Shown here: one piece after another, positions 9,798 through 19,323 of the stretch
Numbering within the stretch: position 1 is the first letter of the stretch
Layout of the letters: the number at the start of each line of letters is the position of its first letter
Assembly (NCBI GenBank): GCA_002433895.1
Contig: DJJA01000006.1
Coordinates: 104,630 to 168,629, forward strand
Length of the DNA: 64,000 nt
DNA from: Candidatus Gottesmanbacteria bacterium UBA6580
GTDB taxonomy: Bacteria; Patescibacteriota; Microgenomatia; UBA10105; UBA927
Direction: 5' to 3'
Notes under the pieces: generated by a model
Told to the model about the DNA's origin: nothing
The model's input: the letters and a program-made list of their open reading frames with translations, nothing else
Database searches by the model: none
Made by a program: the position numbers and the translations under genes

Positions 9798-10715
9798 ATG
9801 AGTCGTAGAACCACTGCCGCGCTCTATCTCCTCCTCGTCTCGGTTATCTGGGGTGCAGCGAGTCCGGTCGTAAAAAACACCCTCCAATGGTTTGACCCAT
9901 GGCTGTTTCTCACCTACCGTTTTTTTGTAAGCGCGCTTATCGCATTTCCGTATCTTTCACTGACCGGGGTACAAATGCCCAAAAAACCAGCACACCTTTG
10001 GCTTGTGATGATGACTGGCTTCGTATCGGCACCACTGTCGCTTTTTCTCTTTTTCGAGGCGCTGGATAAAACCACGGCACTCTCAGGAAGCCTTATTACT
10101 GCCGCGGGGCCCCTCTTTCTTATTCTTGGCGGCGTATTGTTTTTCCGTGACCGTATCACACGCAACGAAAAAATCGGCATAGGCATCGCTCTCGCCGGCA
10201 CCATTCTTACGGTCATCGGGCCGCTTATCCTCAATGGCCATTCGAACACCCTGGGCAAACTTGAGGGAAATGGCCTCATGCTGCTTGCGGTCATCACCGA
10301 TATCATCGGCGCGCTTATGAGCAAAGAGGCGATGAAAAAGGGTATTCATGCCACGCTTGTTGCCCAAACCCAATTTATTCTGGGATTTGTGATCTTTTTA
10401 CCCGTCCTGTTCCTCCGTCAGCCGCCGGAAGTTGCATGGGCAGCGCTTGTTTCTGCCCCACTGCAGGCTCACGCCGGAGTACTTTATATGGCTGTGCTTT
10501 CCGGTACCGTCGCCTATACCATACGCAATATTGCCGTGAAAACAATAGAGGTTTCCGAATCCGCACTGTACCAATATCTACAGCCTTTGTGGGCGGCTAT
10601 TCTGGCTGTTTTGTGGTTAAAAGAAGCGATAACCCCATCCTATATCCTGGGTGGCGTGATTATCGCCGTCGGCGTCTTCATCGCAGAAAAGAAACAGAGA
10701 AAAAAATTAAAATAG
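9798..10715 (+). CDS. DMT/EamA family transporter
   Basis: Ten TM helices, IWG..RF and LQP..A.L..L.E motifs, two EamA repeats. Confidence 0.88.
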   Translation: MSRRTTAALYLLLVSVIWGAASPVVKNTLQWFDPWLFLTYRFFVSALIAFPYLSLTGVQMPKKPAHLWLVMMTGFVSAPLSLFLFFEALDKTTALSGSLITAAGPLFLILGGVLFFRDRITRNEKIGIGIALAGTILTVIGPLILNGHSNTLGKLEGNGLMLLAVITDIIGALMSKEAMKKGIHATLVAQTQFILGFVIFLPVLFLRQPPEVAWAALVSAPLQAHAGVLYMAVLSGTVAYTIRNIAVKTIEVSESALYQYLQPLWAAILAVLWLKEAITPSYILGGVIIAVGVFIAEKKQRKKLK

Positions 10716-10717
10716 CG

Positions 10718-11056
10718 TTATTTCTCAACGAAAATACTCACCCACGCCAAACTTTTCCGCGTTTTCCGTGCGGAGATCTCAAACCACCCATGTTGTGTAT
10801 CAACATTTGACTTGACTCCTCCCCCACTTGGAACAGCGACATCTACACTCACTTCCCTGCCTTCAACGTATGCCCGGGTATGTAAAGAAAATGATGTTCT
10901 CCGCTTTCTCGGCACATTCGCATGCAAAAAGCCGTCCTCGTCTAGCGTTATTTCCCCCAATGTCGGATGACGGAATACGGTGCCTGGAGCGTACTCCCTC
11001 TCAATAGAGCGTAACCGCGCAGAGCGATAAGGCTTGTGAACAACAGTGAGACGCAT
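10718..11056 (-). CDS. hypothetical protein (ORFan)
   Basis: 112-aa ORF filling the gap, with TATAAT upstream; no family recognised. Confidence 0.5.
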   Translation of the reverse strand: MRLTVVHKPYRSARLRSIEREYAPGTVFRHPTLGEITLDEDGFLHANVPRKRRTSFSLHTRAYVEGREVSVDVAVPSGGGVKSNVDTQHGWFEISARKTRKSLAWVSIFVEK

Positions 11057-11151
11057 AAGAGGGTATTATATATTGCATCCTATAATATATCAATTTGACC
11101 TCCCAGTCCCATACTGTACGTAGATCGATATTTTTGCTATAATAGTCCTCT

Positions 11152-11451
11152 ATGAAGTCCGACATTCACCCAAAATGGTTTGCAGACGCGGTAGTTTCGT
11201 GTGCCTGTGGCAATACGTTTACCGTGGGCGCTACCAAGGATAAAATCCAGGTGGAAATCTGCGGCAAATGCCATCCGTTCTTCACCGGAGAAATGCGCTT
11301 TGTCGATACCATGGGTCGCGTAGAGCGTTTCCAGAATAAGCAGAAACAAGCGGCAACCAGCGGTTATATATCAAAGAAAAAGAAGAAACAGCAAAGTGCT
11401 ACTACTACGACCCCGAAATCTCTCAAAGAGATGTTGATGGGCTTAAAGTAG
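11152..11451 (+). CDS. rpmE: 50S ribosomal protein L31 (Zn-binding type) with C-terminal extension
   Basis: MKSDIHP, CACG..C..CHPFFTG, GRVERF. Confidence 0.95.
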   Translation: MKSDIHPKWFADAVVSCACGNTFTVGATKDKIQVEICGKCHPFFTGEMRFVDTMGRVERFQNKQKQAATSGYISKKKKKQQSATTTTPKSLKEMLMGLK

Positions 11452-11458
11452 CTATACT

Positions 11459-11529
11459 GAGTTTAGAAAACACCTGTTAAGTGAAGCCTCGTGCTACACT
11501 GAACATAACGTTTTCTAAACTCTTTTTTT
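11459..11529 (+). terminator. terminator-like inverted repeat with a -10 box in its loop
   Basis: GAGTTTAGAAAAC (11459-11471) / GTTTTCTAAACTC (11510-11522) followed by T7; TGCTACACT inside the loop. Confidence 0.6.
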
Positions 11530-12225
11530 ATGAATACCGATATTGCCATCATGGAATTCCGCGCAGGCCCCGGCGGCGAAGAAGCCAAATTGTGGGCTGC
11601 CGACCTCATGCGCATGTACAGCCGCTACGCGGCTATCCTGGGCTGGAAGGTAGAGCAGCTGGATACACTCACCATCCGAATCAAAGGACTAGGCGCGTTT
11701 ACCAAACTACAATATGAAGCAGGGACACACCGGGTACAACGGACACCCTCTACCGAACGGCACGGCCGTATCCACACCTCTACGGCGACGATCGCCGTCC
11801 TTCCCGAAGTACCCGAAAATGAAATAACCGTCCGCCCAGAAGATATCGAATGGGACTTTTACCGGGCAGGCGGCAAAGGCGGGCAAAACGTCAATAAAGT
11901 TTCCAGTGCCGTACGTATCCGGCATATCCCAAGCGGCATCGTTGTCCAGTGCCAAACGGAACGGGATCAGTATCAAAATAGACAGGTAGCGCTCGGTATG
12001 CTCCGGGCGAAGCTATGGGAACGGCAACTGATGGAGCGCGAACAATCCATGAGTGACCAGCGGAGCATCATCGGACGCGGCATGCGGAGCGAAAAAATCC
12101 GTACCTATAACTTCCCCCAAAACAGGGTGACAGATCACCGGATAAACAAATCATGGCACAACCTCGAAGATATTATCGAAGGAAAAATGCAAAAAATTAC
12201 GGAAGCCATGCTTACCATCCAATAA
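11530..12225 (+). CDS. prfA: peptide chain release factor 1, lacking the N-terminal domain
   Basis: EFRAGPGGEEA, HRVQR.P.T..GRIHTS (PxT), GGQNVNK, RSEKIRTYNFPQ.RVTDHR; 231 aa. Confidence 0.88.
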   Translation: MNTDIAIMEFRAGPGGEEAKLWAADLMRMYSRYAAILGWKVEQLDTLTIRIKGLGAFTKLQYEAGTHRVQRTPSTERHGRIHTSTATIAVLPEVPENEITVRPEDIEWDFYRAGGKGGQNVNKVSSAVRIRHIPSGIVVQCQTERDQYQNRQVALGMLRAKLWERQLMEREQSMSDQRSIIGRGMRSEKIRTYNFPQNRVTDHRINKSWHNLEDIIEGKMQKITEAMLTIQ

Positions 12226-12329
12226 CCTATACCATGACCGGAAAAAGACACCGCACAAGAGAAGATATTTTTGGAAGATTATCAAATAGAACCATCACCC
12301 GCCAAATGCGAAGAGGGCTAGAACCCGAT

Positions 12330-13481
12330 TTACTCTTGTGTACCTAGCGTGACCGTAAATGTCCGTTCCTCACCTTCCCGCCACACAGTACATGACACGA
12401 CATCTCCCACCTTTTTCTTTCCGACAATACGGGCAAGATCATTGGCGGTCGTCACCTTATCGCCGTTTATCCGGGTGATAATATCATCGGGCTGTATACC
12501 CGCGCGTTCCGCCGGGCTCCCCTCGACAATATTCATGACATACGCGCCTTCAGGAATTTCATTTAATACCGCGACCTGGCGGCTGATCATGCGGTACTCA
12601 ACCCCAACAAATGGCCGGTTGAACTGACCCGTGGTATTAAAGTTGTTCACCGCTTCTTTCACCGTATTGATGGGGAGGGCAAACCCGATACTTTGCCCTT
12701 CCGCGGAAACAGCGGTATTGACACCAATTACCTGACCGGCTGAGTTTAGTAGCGGCCCACCGGAATTACCCGGGTTTATCGCGGCATCAGTTTGTATCAC
12801 ATTGTCTAGACGCTCTGCCGAACTTGCAAACGGGTCACCAGCGGTTATCCCGCGGCCAACTCCTGAAATAACGCCGACGGTGACCGTATTACGGAATTCT
12901 CCGAGCGCGGTGCCGATCGCGATCGCCATCTGCCCGACCTTAATGTTGTCTGAGTCGCCCATTTCTATAGGGGTAAGTCCGGTTGCGTCGATTTTGACGA
13001 TAGCCAAATCGCTATCGGGATCACGGTAAATTTTGACGATATCATAGGACTTGTCATCCGCCGTAATCACCCGGTATTTCGCGTTCGGCACAGACACCAC
13101 ATGCTTATTGGTAACCACTAATCCATCGCCTGAAATGATAAATCCGCTCCCGATATCTTGCTCAATGGTGGTGCCCCTACCCTGCGGGGAAAACGGGTCA
13201 AACGGATTAAAATCAAATATATCGCTCGCTCTTCGTGTCTGGGAAATGCCCACAGTCACGACCGAGGGTGACACGCGCTCAACTACTTCCGTAATCACAT
13301 TTTCCTCTTCCACCACTTTGATACGGTCAGGAGAAAGGTTTAATGAAGATACGCCGTCATTTGGCAACCTGAGCCACTGGTTCACATATTGCCAATTCAA
13401 CCCTAACCACCCGGCAGATACCGTGCCACCAATGAGAATAAGGACGGCAGCGATGATAATGAGGGAATTTTGAAGTTTCAT
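12330..13481 (-). CDS. htrA: HtrA/DegP-like serine protease with PDZ domain
   Basis: GSGFII, TNKHVV, DLAIVK, QTDAAINPGNSGGPL. Confidence 0.93.
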   Translation of the reverse strand: MKLQNSLIIIAAVLILIGGTVSAGWLGLNWQYVNQWLRLPNDGVSSLNLSPDRIKVVEEENVITEVVERVSPSVVTVGISQTRRASDIFDFNPFDPFSPQGRGTTIEQDIGSGFIISGDGLVVTNKHVVSVPNAKYRVITADDKSYDIVKIYRDPDSDLAIVKIDATGLTPIEMGDSDNIKVGQMAIAIGTALGEFRNTVTVGVISGVGRGITAGDPFASSAERLDNVIQTDAAINPGNSGGPLLNSAGQVIGVNTAVSAEGQSIGFALPINTVKEAVNNFNTTGQFNRPFVGVEYRMISRQVAVLNEIPEGAYVMNIVEGSPAERAGIQPDDIITRINGDKVTTANDLARIVGKKKVGDVVSCTVWREGEERTFTVTLGTQE

Positions 13482-13525
13482 ATGGAAAAAAGTATACGAC
13501 AACTTCCGAAAATGTCAAAAGCTTC

Positions 13526-14815
13526 TTACTTAAAAAGAAGCTCTATGGCACGCGCAAACTGCCCGTCTGCGGTCGCTGCATTGGCGGGATCAAGTGTAAC
13601 GACAAGGTCCGGGGTAAGGCCTTTTTCACTGATAGAAGTGCCTCCCGGCAATAGCCATTTTCCGGTGGTAATATGCACGCTGGAGCCACCGGAAAGGTCA
13701 AACGGTGTCTGTACCGTGCCTTTACCAAATGTCGTCTCACCGACCAACTTTGCCCGGTTGCTGTCCCGAAGCGCTCCCGCGACGATTTCCGCGGCGGACG
13801 CGCTCCCCTGGTTTACCAGCACGACGACTTTCATACCGGTCAATTTCCCCTTGCGGTCAGTCGGATAATCCTGACGGGTTCCGTCGCTATTTACCTGTGA
13901 CACCACCGTGCCACCTTTCATAAATTCACTGGCGATATACACCGCACCATCGAGATAACCACCCGGGTTATTGCGCAAATCCAGCACTAATCCCGCGAGC
14001 TTCCCGTTTTTTTCAGCGGTTAAAATTTCATTCACTGCCTTGTCCCAATCCGCGTTCGTATTATCCCCAAATCTCGTTAGGTTGATATAAGCTACCCGGC
14101 TGTTGTCTGAACGAAGCTTGAGCGAAGCTGCTTCCGTTGCTGCGGAAATCTCCTCAACGTCCCGCACGTTTTTCACCCACCAGGTGACTGATGGCACCGT
14201 GATCGTGTTTCTCACGATCTCCACTTCTCTGGGCCCTTCGGAAGAAAGCGGGCTCAAAAGCAACAAGCGTACCTTCGTGTTTTTTGGCCCGCGGATGCGG
14301 TCAACTGCCTGATCGACCGTCCAGCCGGCGGTTTCGGCATCATCAACTTTAAGGATAATATCATTGGGAAGTACTCCCGCCGCTTCCGCTGGTGTACCTT
14401 TAAGCGGTGACACCACAATCACCCTGCCGTCTTTCATCCCCAACTGCGCGCCGATACCTTCAAACGCGCCGCCCAAATCTTCCTTGAACTGTTTGTTTTC
14501 CTGCGGCGGGAAAAATGACGTATACGGATCACCAACCGCGGCAACCATGCCGGTGACCGCGCCGTATACCAATTTTTGGATATCAATCGCCTTGGGGTCT
14601 ATATAATACCGTGATACTTTACCCCACACATCCCAAAACAGATTAAAGTCAACATTGGTGCCATCGGGGGCTTCAGTATTGATTACTGGTCTGCTGTCGA
14701 CGAAGTTTACAGAAGCTTTCCGCTCACCTAACCGGTACCCTGCTCCACCAACGAGAATAAGAAGTGCGACAAGAAGAATAACCGATCGTATTTTAGAAAA
14801 TGGCAGGGATTTCAT
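13526..14815 (-). CDS. C-terminal processing protease (S41)
   Basis: DPY, GIGA, PDZ, LDLRNNPGG, SASAAE, GE.TFGKG. Confidence 0.93.
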   Translation of the reverse strand: MKSLPFSKIRSVILLVALLILVGGAGYRLGERKASVNFVDSRPVINTEAPDGTNVDFNLFWDVWGKVSRYYIDPKAIDIQKLVYGAVTGMVAAVGDPYTSFFPPQENKQFKEDLGGAFEGIGAQLGMKDGRVIVVSPLKGTPAEAAGVLPNDIILKVDDAETAGWTVDQAVDRIRGPKNTKVRLLLLSPLSSEGPREVEIVRNTITVPSVTWWVKNVRDVEEISAATEAASLKLRSDNSRVAYINLTRFGDNTNADWDKAVNEILTAEKNGKLAGLVLDLRNNPGGYLDGAVYIASEFMKGGTVVSQVNSDGTRQDYPTDRKGKLTGMKVVVLVNQGSASAAEIVAGALRDSNRAKLVGETTFGKGTVQTPFDLSGGSSVHITTGKWLLPGGTSISEKGLTPDLVVTLDPANAATADGQFARAIELLFK

Positions 14816-14823
14816 TGAAAGCC

Positions 14824-15069
14824 TCAAGCACGCACCACAAACGGTAACAGGGCCACTAACCGTGCTCGCTTTATCGCTTGCTCTACGCGGCGCTGATGCT
14901 TGGCGCATACGCCGGTACGGGCACGGCCCTGTAACTTACCACGCTCAGTGACATATTTATCCAACGCTGCGACATCCTTGTAGTCAGGATTTGTTTTTGC
15001 CGCACAAAACGGGCAATTGGTCGGAACTGGCCGCAATTTTCGTACAAATTTTCCAGATCGTTTCATCAT
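14824..15069 (-). CDS. rpsR: 30S ribosomal protein S18
   Basis: CPFC, DYKD, ERGK, RTG.C.KHQR..AIKRAR..ALLP. Confidence 0.95.
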   Translation of the reverse strand: MMKRSGKFVRKLRPVPTNCPFCAAKTNPDYKDVAALDKYVTERGKLQGRARTGVCAKHQRRVEQAIKRARLVALLPFVVRA

Positions 15070-15071
15070 AG

Positions 15072-15127
15072 TTTTAACTTTTTACATGTAACAGTTAACT
15101 GTTAACAGTCAATTGTTAATAGTTATT
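15072..15127. repeat. 7-nt periodic repeat (consensus WGTTAAY), copy 1
   Basis: ttttaac tttttac atgtaac agttaac tgttaac agtcaat tgttaat agttatt. Confidence 0.8.
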
Positions 15128-15607
15128 TTAGAACGGTATATCGTCAGGATTTACATTTTCAGCCGCTGCTGGCTGGCTTACTGGTGCTTCCTCACTCTCT
15201 GTCTTACTTGGTTTCTTCTTCACTTCTTCTTCCGCTTCCGGTGCTGCTTCTTCTCCTCCGGCAGCCGGCCGCTTGGAATCGAGGACGATCATGTCTTCGA
15301 TAACAATCTCCGTACTTGTCCGTTGTGCACCGTCTTGGGCTTGCCAGGCGCTCGTCCTGAGCCTTCCTTCAACATACACCTTTCGCCCCTTTGCTAACAA
15401 CTGGCTGCAAAGTTCAGCAAGCTTATTCCAGGCTACCACCCGGTGGAATTCAGTTTCTTCTTTTTTTTCACCGCTATCGGTTACCCATGCTCTGTTTGTC
15501 GCGAGCCCGATGGTACAAACTGCTGCCCCTGTCGGGGTGTACCGTAATTCCGGGTCACGGGTCAGATTACCGATCAATATGACCTTGTTTAAGCTTCTAC
15601 TAGACAT
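15128..15607 (-). CDS. ssb: single-stranded DNA-binding protein
   Basis: LNKVILIGNLTRDPELRYT; C-terminal DDIPF. Confidence 0.97.
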   Translation of the reverse strand: MSSRSLNKVILIGNLTRDPELRYTPTGAAVCTIGLATNRAWVTDSGEKKEETEFHRVVAWNKLAELCSQLLAKGRKVYVEGRLRTSAWQAQDGAQRTSTEIVIEDMIVLDSKRPAAGGEEAAPEAEEEVKKKPSKTESEEAPVSQPAAAENVNPDDIPF

Positions 15608-15633
15608 AACACTCCTTTATCAACCCCTGTCGT

Positions 15634-15912
15634 TTACTCTTTTACCGTCAGCAAGAACCGGAGAATTTCCGGCATCAATTTTGATTTCTTATCTAAATCT
15701 GCTGATTTTACGGTTCCTTCGACAACAGCGACAAGATAGGTGGCTTCTTCCTGTTTCTTGATAGGATACGCCAACGTCTTTTTGCCGAGTGAGGTTACTT
15801 CCTTCACTTTGCCGTTCTCTCCAACGAGTTTGGCAACTAAATCTTTTTGTGATTTATCCCCCGTCAAATCAACGGAAGAGGAAACCACAACCATAAGTTC
15901 ATATGTCGTCAT
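15634..15912 (-). CDS. rpsF: 30S ribosomal protein S6
   Basis: YELMVV, GKKTLAYPIKK, ILRFL; rpsF-ssb-rpsR gene order. Confidence 0.93.
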   Translation of the reverse strand: MTTYELMVVVSSSVDLTGDKSQKDLVAKLVGENGKVKEVTSLGKKTLAYPIKKQEEATYLVAVVEGTVKSADLDKKSKLMPEILRFLLTVKE

Positions 15913-15955
15913 AGGTGGAATGGTACCATAGGAAAGGGCAAAATCCAAGAAGGAA

Positions 15956-16036
15956 TTAGCTTCCTATCTTAAATTCGACTACACCCGCCCGCCATGCAAG
16001 CCGAGTTAGATGAGGCGTTGCGGGCAGGTCCCCGTA
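15956..16036 (-). pseudogene. duplicated ychF 3' stub carrying a palindromic insert
   Basis: GTAGTCGAATTTAAGATAGGAAGCTAA encodes VVEFKIGS*, versus the ychF end VIEFKIGS*; preceded by a CCTGCCCGC...GCGGGCGGG palindrome. Confidence 0.7.
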
Positions 16037-16037
16037 A

Positions 16038-17114
16038 CTAACTTCCTATCTTAAATTCTATAACATCTCCGTCCTGCACCAAATACTCTTTGCCCTCACT
16101 TCTCGCCTTGCCTGCTTCACGGGCTTTTTTCCACCCGCCCAACGAAACAAAGTCCGCAAACGACACCGTATCGGCTTTGATAAACTTTTTTTCAAAGTCT
16201 GTGTGTATCACCCCCGCGGCAGCCGGCGCCTTCATACCCTTTTCTATCGTCCAGGCACGTGATTCCAGCTCACCCGTCGTCAAAAATGATATAAGCCCCA
16301 AGGTTTCATACGCCGTGCGGATAAGTAAATCTAATCCTGATGACGCAACACCCAGAGACGCGAGATAATCTTTTTGCTCATCCGGTGTCATCGCCGCAAG
16401 TTCTGATTCCGTCTGGGCACATATATACACAATAGGAGAAAGGTTCGACTGCGGTGGATCCGCAAGTTGTGTTTCCGATACATTACCCACATACACAATG
16501 GGCTTCATCGTCAGCAACTGCAACGGACGGATAAGTTCCCGTTCGTCGGGATCAGTGAGTACTTCACGCGCGCGTTTACCCCCGTCCATTTCTTTGATCA
16601 AGCGCTTCGCTAATGCATATCTCGCCCGATCTTCTTTGGTCGCGTTCATTTTGGGTTCCTGTTGTTTGCCCAATGTCTGTAAGTCAGCAAGGACTAATTC
16701 TGTCTCCACAATCGCGCGGTCACGCTCCGCGTCTATTCCCCCTTCGGTATGCACGATATTGGAATCGGAAAAAAAGCGCAGGACATTACAGATAATATTT
16801 ACTTCCCGGATATGCGCGAGGAATTTGTTGCCCAGCCCTTCGCCTTCAGACGCACCTTTCACGAGCCCCGCGATATCGACAAACTCGACGGTGGCGGGGC
16901 GAAGCGGCGGAAGCTTTTCCAGTTTATCTTCTACTTTGGTGATTGCCGCAAGCTTCGCCAACCGCTCATCCGGCACGGGAACAACACCGACATTGGGCTC
17001 GATCGTCGCAAACGGATAGTTTGCGGCAAACGCGACCTGTTTCTTGAGCAGTGCATTAAACAGCGTGCTTTTCCCTGCATTGGGAAGGCCGACTATACCT
17101 ACTTTTAAATTCAT
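16038..17114 (-). CDS. ychF: redox-regulated ATPase YchF
   Basis: GIVGLPNAGKSTLFN, NYPFATIEPN, DIAGLVKGASEGEGLGNKFL, TGS domain. Confidence 0.97.
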   Translation of the reverse strand: MNLKVGIVGLPNAGKSTLFNALLKKQVAFAANYPFATIEPNVGVVPVPDERLAKLAAITKVEDKLEKLPPLRPATVEFVDIAGLVKGASEGEGLGNKFLAHIREVNIICNVLRFFSDSNIVHTEGGIDAERDRAIVETELVLADLQTLGKQQEPKMNATKEDRARYALAKRLIKEMDGGKRAREVLTDPDERELIRPLQLLTMKPIVYVGNVSETQLADPPQSNLSPIVYICAQTESELAAMTPDEQKDYLASLGVASSGLDLLIRTAYETLGLISFLTTGELESRAWTIEKGMKAPAAAGVIHTDFEKKFIKADTVSFADFVSLGGWKKAREAGKARSEGKEYLVQDGDVIEFKIGS

Positions 17115-17169
17115 GAAAATGATTGTATCACGAAGCTAGTCTATACAACATGAACAATGAAAGACGCCA

Positions 17170-17964
17170 TTAATCCTGTAAAGTTCTCACAAAACTCTTT
17201 CCAAGTTCTCCCATGATTCTATGTAGTGAGTTAGTATGTGGTAGTACTCTTTTTGTATATGGTGAGCCGTCATTTGATTTCTGTACGCCTAACAACTGTG
17301 CCTTTACACTATCATCCACTTTCCTCCACCCAAATCCCTCACTCCACCATCCACCTCTAGCTTTTGGATCAGGATCTAACGCTCCAGCTAGATAATCATG
17401 CTGAGCAACTTGTGTTTTAAATTGATCGGTCATAAAAGCAAAAAAATCTACGTGCTGAATTCCAACTGCTTTAAAAAGCGTTCGCATCCTCTCCCTTGTA
17501 GGTGGATTTTTCCTGTTCGTTTGCCAGCTTCGTGCATAATCATCGATAACTAATATTCTATCTTTAGGGTCTAAATTACTTCTCTTTACAATTTCATTAA
17601 CCCTCTTCTCAATAAGCTTTTTCCTTCTTCGCTCCTGTATCCCAAAATACATATTGGAGGATGTTAAGTTGTCATTTCTTTTCTTCTGTGTAAGCCAAGC
17701 GTTATACTGAGCTTGATTAAAGGTATCCCAATCTTCCTTAAGAAATGAGACATGAGGAAATTTTAATCCATATTCTTTCGCGATCAACGGACGCGAAGCC
17801 CAATACATTGGTCGCCCACTATCCTCAGGAAAAATTATGCATTTTGGCATATCAGCTTTTCTTAAAAGAAAATAATCATGAAGCTGTCTAAGCGCCTTGT
17901 GAATAACCTCCGTGTCAGAATGCGGTAACTGAAAGGCTTCTGCTTTCTGTAAGTCGCTTGTCAT
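17170..17964 (-). CDS. hypothetical protein (AT-rich, possible PRT-like motif)
   Basis: 264-aa ORF, visibly more AT-rich than its neighbours; RILVIDDY resembles a PRPP-binding loop. Confidence 0.6.
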   Translation of the reverse strand: MTSDLQKAEAFQLPHSDTEVIHKALRQLHDYFLLRKADMPKCIIFPEDSGRPMYWASRPLIAKEYGLKFPHVSFLKEDWDTFNQAQYNAWLTQKKRNDNLTSSNMYFGIQERRRKKLIEKRVNEIVKRSNLDPKDRILVIDDYARSWQTNRKNPPTRERMRTLFKAVGIQHVDFFAFMTDQFKTQVAQHDYLAGALDPDPKARGGWWSEGFGWRKVDDSVKAQLLGVQKSNDGSPYTKRVLPHTNSLHRIMGELGKSFVRTLQD

Positions 17965-18161
17965 ATATATTCAGTGTTAAATATTATAATAAATACCACA
18001 CATCAGATACAAACGCAGCGAAACACTCTGCTGCGCCGGTTTTACCCCAAATCAATTGACCATAAAGGCTCTCCCCTTACACGATTCTTGTCCATACATC
18101 ACCTTGAATAATTAATTGCATTTTTTTGTCGAGGTGGAAGCTTAAACCTGAAGCTAAAAAC

Positions 18162-18222
18162 AAAAGTTGGAGCGTTGTAACGTACGTTCCAACTTTTAAA
18201 TTCATGCCAAGATTGTATCACG
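18162..18222 (-). pseudogene. duplicated ychF promoter and 5' stub forming a hairpin
   Basis: CGTGATACAATC-N6-ATGAATTTAAAAGT also found at the real ychF start; AAAAGTTGGA..TCCAACTTTT inverted repeat. Confidence 0.7.
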
Positions 18223-18281
18223 GGGAATAAAAAGATTGTAATAGTGCGCTATTGAAAGCATTAACACCGGTAACCGAGAAT

Positions 18282-19223
18282 TTACCTTGATTGTTTTGAG
18301 GCCTCAAATTGCAGCGGTTCTCTTCTCAAGCTGGTAAATCGGAAAATATCACCCTTTCTGATTATCGTTTCACCGAAGGGAAGCCAGTTTTCACCCATAA
18401 TATGATCTTTTTGCCCATCTTTTCGCAACCAGCGCCCAACGCCCATTCGCGCTAAACCTGCAAGCGGTTTTATCCGACTAAACTCACCTGTGTTCTGATC
18501 TATACCTGTCACTTCACACCTACCACAAGGCTTTGGTTGGTGCACCTCAACACCGTTGATCGATCCGGCTGAATAATCATGAATACGGCGGAATGGAACA
18601 CCCCCAAGTAGCACTTGATACCGAAACCTATTGGCGTCCACCGGGACCCCTATGGTGGCAAATACCCGCTCCGCATCATCCGAGGCAATAGCATGGATGG
18701 GATAACCATCTTGGGCCCGAAGTGGATTTGTGTTTGCTTCAAAGTTTTGCCGTGACATGCGACTCCATGGACCGCTCGTTCTGGCAACTTTAACCTGCCG
18801 CTTCAGCTGATCGCTCAGCCATTCTGAGATTATGGGGACTTCGACTGCTTTACCGCGGTATTCCCAAACCTGTACCGGAATGACGTTCGACAAATCATCG
18901 TCTGCCTTATGAGGCACTTGCACTTCACTCCCGTTAAAACGGAAAAATAACCTATCACCCCTTTGCTCCGGCCTGACCAAAGCTAGCTGTGGAGTGCCTG
19001 CTACAAACATATTCTTCGCAGGGTCAACCTGAACTCTTTGGGTGAAAAAATTGTGATCTCCGTGGTGATCAGTCGTCGCATCTACCGCCACAAGAAAATG
19101 ATCTTGAATATCGCCACCGACCGTTTCGAGGCCGGATTTTTTCATCGAAGCTTCTTCCAACTTCAATGGGCTACCACCTTTGAGGGGTTGAATCTGTAAA
19201 TCAAGCACTTGTGCCTCAATCAT
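18282..19223 (-). CDS. MOSC domain protein (YcbX/mARC-like)
   Basis: I.PLKG, SEWLS, QDGYPI, RFR, KPCGRC.V..ID..TG. Confidence 0.8.
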   Translation of the reverse strand: MIEAQVLDLQIQPLKGGSPLKLEEASMKKSGLETVGGDIQDHFLVAVDATTDHHGDHNFFTQRVQVDPAKNMFVAGTPQLALVRPEQRGDRLFFRFNGSEVQVPHKADDDLSNVIPVQVWEYRGKAVEVPIISEWLSDQLKRQVKVARTSGPWSRMSRQNFEANTNPLRAQDGYPIHAIASDDAERVFATIGVPVDANRFRYQVLLGGVPFRRIHDYSAGSINGVEVHQPKPCGRCEVTGIDQNTGEFSRIKPLAGLARMGVGRWLRKDGQKDHIMGENWLPFGETIIRKGDIFRFTSLRREPLQFEASKQSR

Positions 19224-19323
19224 CTGGTGTATTGTAGTATGGATTACATTAAAACACAATTGAACGGATCGGTGAAATATCTCAACAGTACATATCCTTA
19301 ACAGGGGACGTCATAAGCCAGGG

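Noticed and set aside
12234-12347. Small ORF MTGKRHRTRED... after prfA
   Set aside because: 37 aa, runs into the htrA end, no motif; may be a gene remnant but unsupported
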